The translations under genes were made by a program, and so were the position numbers. A stretch of 61,976 bases of DNA, counting the filler, from Aduncisulcus paluster (Eukaryota), in the NCBI GenBank assembly GCA_024181965.1. It is 9 parts of 9 records of this genome, joined end to end, with 100 filler letters (N's around TTAATTAATTAA, not from the genome) between each part and the next. Parts side by side here need not be neighbours in the genome. Positions count along the whole stretch, not along the records: positions 24,904 to 37,941 come from BQXS01011269.1; positions 38,042 to 43,204 come from BQXS01011270.1; 7 more parts are not named here. One strand, given 5' to 3'. The notes below the pieces were generated by a model, which did not search any database, was not told the origin of the DNA, and was given only the letters and a program-made list of their open reading frames with translations. Shown here piece after piece: positions 32,953-43,304 of this stretch (the first letter of the stretch is position 1; every line of letters starts with the position of its first letter).

Positions 32953-35900
32953 TTAAGCATTGAATTCTAATATTTTTCTTCTTTTATATTCTTTCATGCA
33001 ATTCTCTACAATTTTCTGGTAACTAGTCCCAACATCCACCATAATTCTCTGAATATGCTTGGGTTTAAAGAGAGGAATTATTTTAAACACGCATTTTAAT
33101 GCATAATCGACGCATTGACTTGGTAATTTATGAACGTTTAATGCGTAAACACGGAGAAGAGTTTGAGCTGGATGTAATAACTCACTTTCGTGGTGAGAAT
33201 GTTTCTCACGTCTATAAATAGATGATATAGTTTGAGAAAGTTTATATAATGCTTTCTTTATAGTTATACTGACATCATTGACTATCCAAACCTGACAAAT
33301 GATACATTCAAATACATTTGAGCAAACCAGAAGTAAAATAGATCCCTTAACACCATTTTTAGATCCTATTCCTATGATAGAAATCAGATGGAAGAGAGAA
33401 GAAGAATAATCTGGCTCTTTGGAAAGAGAGAGAGAAGTATACTTTGATCGTAGCATTTCAGAGACTCCAAATTGAGCTAGACGTTCAATGAGAGGCTTTG
33501 AAAGGAATGGAGATATTTCGGACAAAATATCCGAGAATAATTCCAAGACAAAAGGGAGAGAAAAAGAGGATATCGTCGAATTTAATAATTTCATGAGGAA
33601 AGACGAGATATTTGAGACAGGGATAATCCGAAAGTCAGTAGAATAATTCTCGTCGTTCATAGAAGATGTACGCCTTTTCCCACTTTTCTCCTTCTTTCTG
33701 GCTTCTTTATCACCCTCTTTATCACTTGTCTTGAACTGCTTCATAAAAAGATATTCTTTCTCATGAGCTTCTGAAATGGATAAAAATAGGACATAATATC
33801 TCATAAAAATAGAATTCTTCTCAAGGTAATTTAAATCACCAGCTTGACCATGGCCTTTTTGATGATCTCTTATTTCAACTTGAAGGTATTTAAAAGCACG
33901 TCTAAAAATAAACCGAAGTTGCTCATCACTAAAAATAGAACATATTTTGGAACAAGATGAAGCAGGAACATGATATCCCTTTTCCATGGCCAACAGTAAG
34001 AACCGCATTAGAATGGTGGAATATGGTATTTCTATTTTTGGATCTTGATGAGAAATAGTTTTATCATCAGATACCAGTATTAATGAAGACCTCTTTTTCT
34101 TTGTTTCCATTCCATTTTTTCGTTTTTTCTCCTTTTCTACTTGTTTTGCTCGCTTATAAATTAAGTTGACCAATGATGGAATCAATTCATTGCCGAATAA
34201 ATATAATTTCTCCAACATTTCTTGTGCGATCAAAACACTCGAAGAACGCAAAGAGGAGATAATATTTGGGAAAACATTGTCAGAAAACCTTTTCAAAACA
34301 GAAAGACTCGATTCAATTTTAGATTGAATAACGGAACTTGAATAAGATTCAATGTCCTTTGATCTAAATTTAGAACCACAAATAATTTCACGGCATGTAC
34401 AACATAGACTATCACATAGAACACAGACGAAGCCTCTGGTTCCTGTCTTGGAAGAGGCGAAAGCAAAACATTTGAGGACAAGTTGAACACATCTTTGCCC
34501 AATAAACACGATTGCATTAGAATAATTCAATTCTGGATGTTTGACTTCTTTTGAGGAGAAGTGCAAGGACTCGAGGAATAGGTTTAAAGAGAGAAGAAAT
34601 TGAATATAATTTTTGGGAAGAATGCTACAAGAATATTCCTCGAGAAAAGAAAGGAAAATTCCTTGTTTGGGGGATACAAATGCATCACAGAGCTGAACAA
34701 ACATCTTTCCTCGTTCATCTTCACAAGAAATACCACATCGAACAGAAGATTCTTGTTCCACTTCCTCCTCTTCCTCCTCCTCCTTATTCTCTTCCTTATT
34801 CACAATCGGTGTGGATATGGATGAGAATGGATATATTTGGCATGAGGCAATAAGATGAGAAAAAGCTTGAGTTAAGATGGGATAATAATGCATATTTTGG
34901 GAATATATCTGTGAAGAAACGAGAAGTGGGAGAGCGAGAGAGAAAATATTGTAATTTTTTGTGTCAAAGGTCTCCTTTTTAATCGATCTAAAGGCGGAAA
35001 GAAGACTTTGGAGGCCAGAAATGTTGGGAAAGATGATATCTGATGGATCAAGATCAAGATTAATACATAGACGGAGGAAAAGACAGATTCCAATGCTTCC
35101 AAAAAGAAAACAAAAAGAAGAAAGAAAAATAGTTTGCAGATAGATTCCAGATTCAATGCCTCTTTTTTCATCTATTTTTAGACCTTTTATATATTTTTGG
35201 ATTGAATAACTCACTTGAGAACATTGGGATAAAAATAGAACCAATATTTGACCTTGATTGGGAACAAGAGAAGACACACTGATATCCACACCACACACAC
35301 GTAATAAACACGAATAAGCAAATAAATATAGAATACTAATATCAATTGAGAAGTTATTTTGAATGAGCCAAACGACATTCTCTTTCTTCTCAGACTTAGA
35401 TGACACTTTCTCAGGCCTGTTCCATAAATATATCTTATTCAACACCGATTCCCATGTCTTCAGTAATAGCTCAGATGCTTCAATTTCATTCTTATTCCTC
35501 GAAATTCCTTTGTTCATCGATGATATGCATCTTTCATATACAATAGCAACGAAAGAGAATGATACCAAAAGTCTCAGGGTATTTGTTGTCTCGAACAGAG
35601 ATTGCTCAATATATTTGTTGAGAAAGGATATATATTCTTCTGTTCGAATAGCTGGAATGGATAAACCACTCAAATCTGAAATAAACTGATGACAAATCGA
35701 TAGAATATCAACATTAATATCTCTAAATTTGGTATCATACTGAACTATAGTATTCTGAGGAAAGGAAAGAGGAAGAAACTCAAGACGAGAAAGGACACTA
35801 GAACTAATTTCTAATGCATCATATCCCATGTGAGTGATCAAAATAGGGAGCAATTGGATAGATTTGAGGGGAGGAAGTTTCTCAAACAGAGGAGACATCA

Positions 35901-37107
35901 TTTTGGGCACTGAGGGATCATATTGACATAGAATGGATGAGAACTTGGAAATATCTATCGATTTATGACTAGATATCATGGTTTCGATCAGTATTTGACT
36001 CGAGTGGGTCCGACTCAATTCCATATCGGTCGTTATTCCACCCAAAGTAAGACCACGAGATATTCCAGTTTCAAGCGAGGCAAAAAGGAGGGATAAACAC
36101 TTAGAAATGAAGGCGGAGGAAGTCGTTTCTTTCATGCCAGTTGTATCTTTAGATTCTATTTTTAGATTCTTGAGAAAATGAGACACAAGATCATCGGTGT
36201 ATTCCTTGGCGATTGAAGGCACATCTAATTTCCTTTTAATCTTCTTTATCTTCTTCCCTACAGCTTTTAAAGATTGAATTTGTTTTAAAATATCATTTTC
36301 TTCATCAAATTCTGCTTGATTTAGACACAAAGAAGTGGTCGAGATATCAGGCCAGTGGAAAACATCTTTTAACAGCGAATGAGACATTGATGGGGACAAT
36401 AATATCGATTTACGTTGAATAAATGATGAAATAAACGATGAAAGGTGAGTTTGAAGCCCCAATTTATCGCCTAAATCAAGAGATTGCGACAAGCAAGAGC
36501 AAATTGTGTTGAATGATTTTGGATCCGTTTTTTTCTTCTTACTTGAATCGATATGGGCTGATTTCAAAATATTTTTAGCAATCAAAGCAATGACACCATA
36601 AAATTGAAGGAAGATGTTGACTTGTGTTGAAGATGACGCAGAAGAAAGTAACAAGGGAATAAAAGTCTGTAAAAATGCATATTTAATGTCATTTGAGGCC
36701 AAGGACTGGAGATAATCTTCAAAAAGTTGAATTATTGCATCGTAATCAAATTCTGGAATCTTTTCACTATCCTTTTCATTTTGGAGAATTGAGAGAAGGA
36801 AGTTCCATGAATGTGGTATTTTTCCAAATGCTGAACACACATTTTCAAATTCAACGACTTTGTCCGGATGAAACAACTTGAGGCAGAAACAGAAGTCAAA
36901 GAGCTGCTTTGCATTTTCAATGGTAAAGATGACATTATTTAATTGTGTGACAACTATACTGGTGGCCAAATTAGGAGCAGGATGCGGACGAAATGAAGGC
37001 CAAAGTAATACAGACGCAATCTGAATCCAATCTTTTTTCCCAAGTTTTAAAGCCATATGTGATGGAACATTTGCCGCAATATCACCTTCTAAATAGAACA
37101 AAGACAT
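32953..37107 (-). CDS. Large alpha-helical protein, C-terminus Urb2/Npa2-like (tentative)
   Basis: ORF of about 1380 aa from the first ATG at 37107. The terminal ...CVFKIIPLFKPKHIQRIMVDVGTSYQKIVENCMKEYKRRK resembles the Urb2 C-terminal domain pattern (inference). Confidence 0.7.
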   Translation of the reverse strand: MSLFYLEGDIAANVPSHMALKLGKKDWIQIASVLLWPSFRPHPAPNLATSIVVTQLNNVIFTIENAKQLFDFCFCLKLFHPDKVVEFENVCSAFGKIPHSWNFLLSILQNEKDSEKIPEFDYDAIIQLFEDYLQSLASNDIKYAFLQTFIPLLLSSASSSTQVNIFLQFYGVIALIAKNILKSAHIDSSKKKKTDPKSFNTICSCLSQSLDLGDKLGLQTHLSSFISSFIQRKSILLSPSMSHSLLKDVFHWPDISTTSLCLNQAEFDEENDILKQIQSLKAVGKKIKKIKRKLDVPSIAKEYTDDLVSHFLKNLKIESKDTTGMKETTSSAFISKCLSLLFASLETGISRGLTLGGITTDMELSRTHSSQILIETMISSHKSIDISKFSSILCQYDPSVPKMMSPLFEKLPPLKSIQLLPILITHMGYDALEISSSVLSRLEFLPLSFPQNTIVQYDTKFRDINVDILSICHQFISDLSGLSIPAIRTEEYISFLNKYIEQSLFETTNTLRLLVSFSFVAIVYERCISSMNKGISRNKNEIEASELLLKTWESVLNKIYLWNRPEKVSSKSEKKENVVWLIQNNFSIDISILYLFAYSCLLRVCGVDISVSSLVPNQGQILVLFLSQCSQVSYSIQKYIKGLKIDEKRGIESGIYLQTIFLSSFCFLFGSIGICLFLRLCINLDLDPSDIIFPNISGLQSLLSAFRSIKKETFDTKNYNIFSLALPLLVSSQIYSQNMHYYPILTQAFSHLIASCQIYPFSSISTPIVNKEENKEEEEEEEVEQESSVRCGISCEDERGKMFVQLCDAFVSPKQGIFLSFLEEYSCSILPKNYIQFLLSLNLFLESLHFSSKEVKHPELNYSNAIVFIGQRCVQLVLKCFAFASSKTGTRGFVCVLCDSLCCTCREIICGSKFRSKDIESYSSSVIQSKIESSLSVLKRFSDNVFPNIISSLRSSSVLIAQEMLEKLYLFGNELIPSLVNLIYKRAKQVEKEKKRKNGMETKKKRSSLILVSDDKTISHQDPKIEIPYSTILMRFLLLAMEKGYHVPASSCSKICSIFSDEQLRFIFRRAFKYLQVEIRDHQKGHGQAGDLNYLEKNSIFMRYYVLFLSISEAHEKEYLFMKQFKTSDKEGDKEARKKEKSGKRRTSSMNDENYSTDFRIIPVSNISSFLMKLLNSTISSFSLPFVLELFSDILSEISPFLSKPLIERLAQFGVSEMLRSKYTSLSLSKEPDYSSSLFHLISIIGIGSKNGVKGSILLLVCSNVFECIICQVWIVNDVSITIKKALYKLSQTISSIYRREKHSHHESELLHPAQTLLRVYALNVHKLPSQCVDYALKCVFKIIPLFKPKHIQRIMVDVGTSYQKIVENCMKEYKRRKILEFNA

Positions 37108-37331
37108 CCTATTCGCAAGGAAATGGCGATTTCCTCCGACTCCAATTTCAAATACACTTTGAGAGAAATCTTTTGTCAATTCCAAATAAATAATAAGGAA
37201 TATATAATAATTTTATTAAATTTTTGATTGACGTCCTTCGCATTTCAGTTAAAAAATGGGTGACGAAATTCATTTCTTGTTGCGCCTAGTAGGCGAATCT
37301 AATTTTATTAGCAATGATGTTCGAAGAAGAC

Positions 37332-37941
37332 TTAAGCACAGAGACCAGCAACAACGTTACCCTCGATTCCACACTCGTTGGAACCACGGAGGATCTTGAA
37401 GTAACCAGTTTCTCCCCAGTCACTTCCCCAAGAGTTGGCAACCAACCAGTAGGGCTTGAGGGTTTCAGTTCCCCAACCGAGGATCTTGATAGCGTGACCA
37501 CCGACGTAAGAACCAGTCTTGTGAACGTAGACACCGCTCTCGTATGAGTAGAAGTCCTCATAAACGTTGAAAGCAGCCTCGACGGGACCGTTGCTGTAGA
37601 TCTCGTTCTCGATGGCAGTCTCAGTGGAACGGACGTTGTAGTAAGAAGAAGCCTTGTAGTGAGTCATGGCTGTTCCATCAGAGCAAGTGGAAGGACAAGA
37701 AGGAGCAATACCGAAATCGTAAGTCTTAGTGGCGTAGGGGAAACAGGTGTCAGTGACAGTACCAGTTTTCTTCAAGAAAGCCCAGGCCTTGTCAAGGTTT
37801 CCACCATTGCATCCACTGTTAGTGGAGTCACAGGCGACAAGGTACTCAGGGGAGAGCTCGACGAAGGTACCGTTGGAGATACCGCAACGGTCAGCAAGAG
37901 CCTCGGTGGCACCGAAAGCCCAGCAAGAACCACATTGACCT
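37332..37941 (-). CDS. Cathepsin B-like cysteine protease, mature domain (5' truncated)
   Basis: QCGSCWAF, GCNGG, GPVEAAFNVYEDFYSYESGVY, GGHAIKILGWG, YWLVANSWGSDWGETGYFKILRGSNECGIE. No occluding-loop HH. Confidence 0.95.
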
Positions 37942-38041
37942 NNNNNNNNNNNNNNNNNNNNNNNNNNNNNNNNNNNNNNNNNNNNTTAATTAATTAANNN
38001 NNNNNNNNNNNNNNNNNNNNNNNNNNNNNNNNNNNNNNNNN

Positions 38042-40344
38042 TGCTCACAAATCCATTGACACTCTCTTCCTCTGGGAAAGATCACCATAGCCTTGCTGGA
38101 TTTAAATCACTTCCTTCCTCTTCCTCTTCCTCCTCTTCTCTCTCTTCAAGGTCGATATCTCCTTCAGGTTCAGAGTCCGACTTGAGTGGCAATTTCCTTC
38201 ACTCTCTGCATCATTCACGGAAACAGTCATTCTATTCATTGCAACAATCTGGAGTTAAAAATGGGAGTATTATTCGTTCACGAAGTGCTTCAATATCTTC
38301 ATCTCTCTTAAGTACCATGGAAATGAAGGGAGTTCCATCAACTTTTATTGATTTTCTAAAGAGCAGGGGAGTTGATATGGATGAAATCGAACATCGATCA
38401 GTGGCCGAGGGTATGACGAAATCGTCTTCCGGCGGCAGTTCTTTCGGTTCTGCCGTAGAAAAGGAAAATGGGAAATCATTTGATTCGCAAACTGCTTTAC
38501 AGCAACATAAAACTGTGTTAACTTTGCTCTCCTCTTCGAAAATACTCTCTGGCATTACGACCAAACAAGCTTCTCGAATCGGTTCCCCCACTCGGTCTCT
38601 GATTCACTCTCCTGGGAGCCAAACTCCTGTTTCTTGGGGTCCAATGCACTCGTTATCGTCGACATGTGCCCATATGCTCTCTTCCACAGTGACGCAAGCC
38701 ACTCTGATGTTCCCTTTCTCATCGGCCCCTATCGATACGTGCATTCTAGGTATCAGTGGAGGCTGTGTTCGTCTATTCATCCTTTGCCAAGAGGCTGTTC
38801 ATGAGGTGTGCATTCCTTGCAGTGTGTTGATATGGGTAGTTTGGGAAAGACAACAATGGGTGAAGACCAAACTCACAGAATGGGAGAAGAAAAAGCAAGA
38901 AGATGATAATTTGAGAGGAGAAAACACATCCACGAGTGAAATGCGTTCATTAAAGGCCAAAAAGAAGATTGAGCTGGAAGAAAGCGCTGGTCAATGCAGT
39001 GAGCTTACCGATTTTATTGTTAATCGAACTCTACTTCCCACTGATGTATTCCCCACTTCAATTTATAAACATATTCCCACCCATCGTGATCAATCTAATA
39101 ATTGGGTTGGAGCCGAGTTTTCTGATCTTGCGTTATCATATTCACACTATCCGAGTGTATATATTGGTTGTGGTGACGGTATTATCCTTGTGTATGAGGC
39201 TAAGCGTGGTAAATTGAAGCATCGGGTGAAAAAACCAGTCATTCCTTCCGGATCTGGATCTCTCGCGGATTCTTCTGCCAGCTCCTCTGGATCCAAACCT
39301 GTTCCACTCACATCTGTGTTTGAATCCCTTGAAGGTGGTCTTGATGAAGAGGATCTTCTGGATGATGGTACTGCTGGAATAAGCTTAGATGAGGATGTAT
39401 TCGAGGTTTACCCAACCAATCTCGTCCGTATTGGTGAGTTTACAGTGCTGCCACAGAGATGTTCTCAGAAAGAACACCTAATAACCCATATGGCAGTCAG
39501 TGAGGATGGTTGTTTCATTGCTTGCATAACAAATAGTGGATTAATATCTATTATTCGTGTAGCTAGGAAATTGAAGCAGTTCCATGTAGTCTGTAGGGTG
39601 TATTTGGGATTAAAGAATGTTACACAGCTATTCTTTACTTCTATCAATTCTCTTGGTGTTATGATCTGTTTCAATGATTCTTGCAATCGTCACAATGCAG
39701 CCATGTTATCTGTCCTTGCATTCAGTCCAATATTTACAAGAATTGTCTCCCATATGGAAAAAAGTGCTATCATCGAGACCAATCCTGTAGCTCTACGAAG
39801 CTTTGGCGGGGCACATGTAGGCATTGTGTGTTCAGCAAAGTGTCCCACGTGGTGTATGAGAACTCTCAGAAAAGTGTTTTTGAAGAAACGTTTGTCATGG
39901 CAATTATATGTGTTCGTTTTCCATCGTTTTGCCGAGAAAAAAATCAATGGTTTTGAAGTTGTCGTGCTCGATTTGGCTGCAAATTCTGTCGTTTGTTCGT
40001 GTGAATGTGACTCTGGTTCTATCCCTATTTCTGGAGGTATTGAGTTTATTCAAACTCCGATGCCTCAAATGATTAAGAAGAAAGATAGTAGTGAAGTTCC
40101 CGCACTTGATTCGATTATTCTACGTTTGGTGATCAATACTATTACTAGCCAAGGAAATCATTCTGAAATCCAAGTTGACATTAAATACGACAGACAAAAA
40201 TCAATTTCTGGAAGTTTTAAGAAACTATTGGGAGCGTCAAGTGAAGCAACCCTTTTGAAAACAATTTCTTGTTCCCAAATCCCATACGGTATTAGTGTGT
40301 ATTCTCACGACAAAAAGAATATTACTTTGTTTGTAACTGAATAA
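38042..40344 (+). CDS. Hypothetical protein, possibly degenerate WD40/beta-propeller (5' truncated)
   Basis: Open frame of over 760 codons. VYIGCGDGIILVYE and ITHMAVSEDGCFIACITNSGLISI resemble WD blades. Confidence 0.75.
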
Positions 40345-40960
40345 GATCTGATATATCAATATCATAAATAATTTTTTTGAAAGGCGTTTCATCCCCTTTT
40401 AGAGCTGCGATGAGGAAAAGTCTGAAAAGCGTACACACTATTACTAGCCGAGAAAACTATCGAGCGTGACAAGCTCGAGCATGCAAAAGAGGTCCTTAAA
40501 TTTAGATCCACAATCACAATGCTGAGAGAGGAACTGGTCGAAAAGGAGAGATCTTTGGGAGAAATTGGAGACAAACTCTTAGATGCCCAAATGGAAACGA
40601 TAGCCCGTCTTCAAGCTGATGGAATCCAATAAATTCGGTATATTTAATTCCAAATTTTTCGATAAAAGTTTTTCCAAAAAAAAGAGGTGATTCTTGAATG
40701 GAATGCCTTAAAATTGATTCTCTTCAAAGTTCAATGGAAATTTTCCATGTAAATTCCACTGGAAAGAATTTATTCATCGTTCTCATTATATCTCCATGGT
40801 ATTGAGTCACTATTGTCCATATAGGTTTGAATACATGCCCAAATTAATTCATTCTTTCGCCGACCAGGTTTCCTGAGAGCCAGAAAAGAAAAGAAGAAGA
40901 AAAGAAGAAGAAGAAAACTTTCTGAATATAATGTTTAAAATAGAAAGAAAATAAAGAAGT

Positions 40961-41281
40961 TTATAAGAGTGATTTAATCATAAGCTCAATCCTTCGTTCA
41001 GATGCGCCCGTGAATGATTCTTTTTTCTCTCCATTAAGGTAGGAAATGAATGTAGGCATTGCGGCGATTTCTAAATATTCAGCCAGATCCTCAGCCTCAT
41101 CAACATCGATTTGAACAAAATCAATAGTCGAATATTCGGGCTTTTCGGCCAAAGAATGGAATATGGGGCTAATACGTTTGCAAGGACCACACCATTGTGC
41201 GAAGCAATCTATTACGACTTTAGGGTGATGTTCAACGAATTCTTTAAATTGTTCAAGAGTCAAAATGGATGTAATGGGCAT
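40961..41281 (-). CDS. TRX: Thioredoxin
   Basis: VIDCFAQWCGPCKRISP, IDVDE, AMPTF; 106 aa. Confidence 0.96.
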   Translation of the reverse strand: MPITSILTLEQFKEFVEHHPKVVIDCFAQWCGPCKRISPIFHSLAEKPEYSTIDFVQIDVDEAEDLAEYLEIAAMPTFISYLNGEKKESFTGASERRIELMIKSLL

Positions 41282-41282
41282 T

Positions 41283-42626
41283 TTAGTTCAAATGATTTGA
41301 GTAATTCGTGCAAAAAGATGACAAAAACATCAAAATAATAAAAATGCCTATAATCAATGAAAAAATAAAAATTGGTTGAATTCTAAATTGATTTGAGTCT
41401 TTAAATTCTTCAGATGAAGTCCTCCTTTTTCCAGATGATCTGGTTTCATGAGATGTCAGATCCTGACCGAAATAATAGCATGTATTCCCAAGTTTTGTCA
41501 TGATATCATCTTTGGAATGTTTCCATGGCAGAAGGGATAATAGTTCACTCACAACTATTTCTTCGGGGATCGTAAATACAAGGGAGTTGATCCAGAAATC
41601 TCGACTATTCTTATCAAACCATGTTCCTTTCCCTTCAATCTCACATAACACAACATTCATCAAATCAATTGGAAGGAAGTGCCATTCAAATACATGTTCA
41701 GGTTCTGTGAATTCATACTTCTTGGATGTCTTCTTACCATCACAATCAGTGAAAGTGAAGAGAAGAGAGGGTGAACTCCAAACATTATTAACACAGATAT
41801 AAGCACCTTTCATTGGACTAGGTAATGGAAAAGGGATGGAAAGATGGGATAACCATACAAAACCTTTCCCTATTAACATTGTTTGTGCTTGTGAACTCTG
41901 ATCATATTCCTCGGATTCCTTTCTATATGAATCTCTCTTGCACTTAACCATTGGGAATAAAGGATCTACAATCTGTGGATCATCACGTGGAATGGGAATA
42001 GAATCCCTACCATCAGATTCTTCATCTCCTTCCTTAACAAACTCTGGTTTCACAACTGGAACTTCAGACCATAGTTTCTCTCTGGCTTCACGAGCTTTGA
42101 TTTCTTCATGAGTTTCTTCTCTACTAATGAAAACAAGGGAAGGGATGTAAAAATACTCTTCCTCTCTTCCTTTCCCTGTAATCTCACACAAAACAACATC
42201 AGGGAGATCGACAGGAAGAAAATACCAATGCCAAGCTTCAAATTCAGGAAATTCATATTTCTTGGATCTTTTCTCACCCTTTGAAGATGTGAGAGTGAAG
42301 GTGAGATGTGATGGAGGTGAGATATGATACCAATGTATCAAACCATTCAGACAGATATAAGCTCCTTTCATTTGAGAAGATGAGGAGAAAGGAATGGAGA
42401 TATGGGTAAAGTGACCATTATTAACCTCTCCTTTCATCATCCTTTGTGCTTTAACACTTTGATCGTACTCTTCGTCATCTTCTTCCCTAGATTCATTGAT
42501 TGCTTTGATACTTGGAAACTCTGAACTTTTAATATTGGGGGAATCTCTAGGAATTGGACAGCAACCTCCATGTCCTTCATGAATAAACTCAGGTTTTACA
42601 ATTTGTATATCGGTTGAAGAACTCAT
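41283..42626 (-). CDS. Lineage-specific repeat-domain protein (two tandem ~170-aa modules)
   Basis: Internal duplication: VKPEF..EG...PIPRD.P...YDQS..AQ.M..G....H.SIPF....MKGAYIC.....L.FT.T...G.K.SKKYEF.E......W.FLP.DL..VVLCEI.GKG occurs twice. Confidence 0.85.
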   Translation of the reverse strand: MSSSTDIQIVKPEFIHEGHGGCCPIPRDSPNIKSSEFPSIKAINESREEDDEEYDQSVKAQRMMKGEVNNGHFTHISIPFSSSSQMKGAYICLNGLIHWYHISPPSHLTFTLTSSKGEKRSKKYEFPEFEAWHWYFLPVDLPDVVLCEITGKGREEEYFYIPSLVFISREETHEEIKAREAREKLWSEVPVVKPEFVKEGDEESDGRDSIPIPRDDPQIVDPLFPMVKCKRDSYRKESEEYDQSSQAQTMLIGKGFVWLSHLSIPFPLPSPMKGAYICVNNVWSSPSLLFTFTDCDGKKTSKKYEFTEPEHVFEWHFLPIDLMNVVLCEIEGKGTWFDKNSRDFWINSLVFTIPEEIVVSELLSLLPWKHSKDDIMTKLGNTCYYFGQDLTSHETRSSGKRRTSSEEFKDSNQFRIQPIFIFSLIIGIFIILMFLSSFCTNYSNHLN

Positions 42627-43304
42627 TGACAACGGAAAAGAGTCGGGATCTAAGAAAAAAATAAAAAATAAAAAATATTACAATACAGTGAATATAATTG
42701 CATGACATCGCATAAAATATGTCTTAATGCGCATTTAATGAAATATATGACATACAGTAAATCTTGAATTGCTTGCAACGAAGGAAAAGCAGAAGACGAA
42801 AACACAAAGTCGCGAATGACAACCTCAGGAAGCAATATCATACAATATATAAATAAATTTATATAGTCATTTTTCTTTCTATCATATATTGCATGCCATC
42901 CTTGTGAGTCCACTCCTGACACGAAATCGTTTCATAACTTCGACATTTGTTTACATAGTGGATTATAAGGTGACAAAATATGCTGATAAGTTGCAGTTGA
43001 AATCTATGAATATTGTGAATATATCATCGACTTCTTGGCAGAGAAGCTATTCTTCTGGTTTTCTTTGCTTCTCGAATCGTTCTCACTCTTCTCTGCTCTC
43101 TGCTCGATTGATAAAAACTAATTCAGTTTATTATTTGTTTATTTTTTGTTTTCTTTCGCTTTTAATTCCTTACCAAGATGTCTTCGAAAGGAATTAACAA
43201 CATTNNNNNNNNNNNNNNNNNNNNNNNNNNNNNNNNNNNNNNNNNNNNTTAATTAATTAANNNNNNNNNNNNNNNNNNNNNNNNNNNNNNNNNNNNNNNN
43301 NNNN

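Noticed and set aside
33660-41437. Shared peptide SGKRRTSS...FRI.P in the Urb2-like ORF and the tail of the repeat-domain ORF
   Set aside because: The codons differ and the similarity is short; most likely chance.
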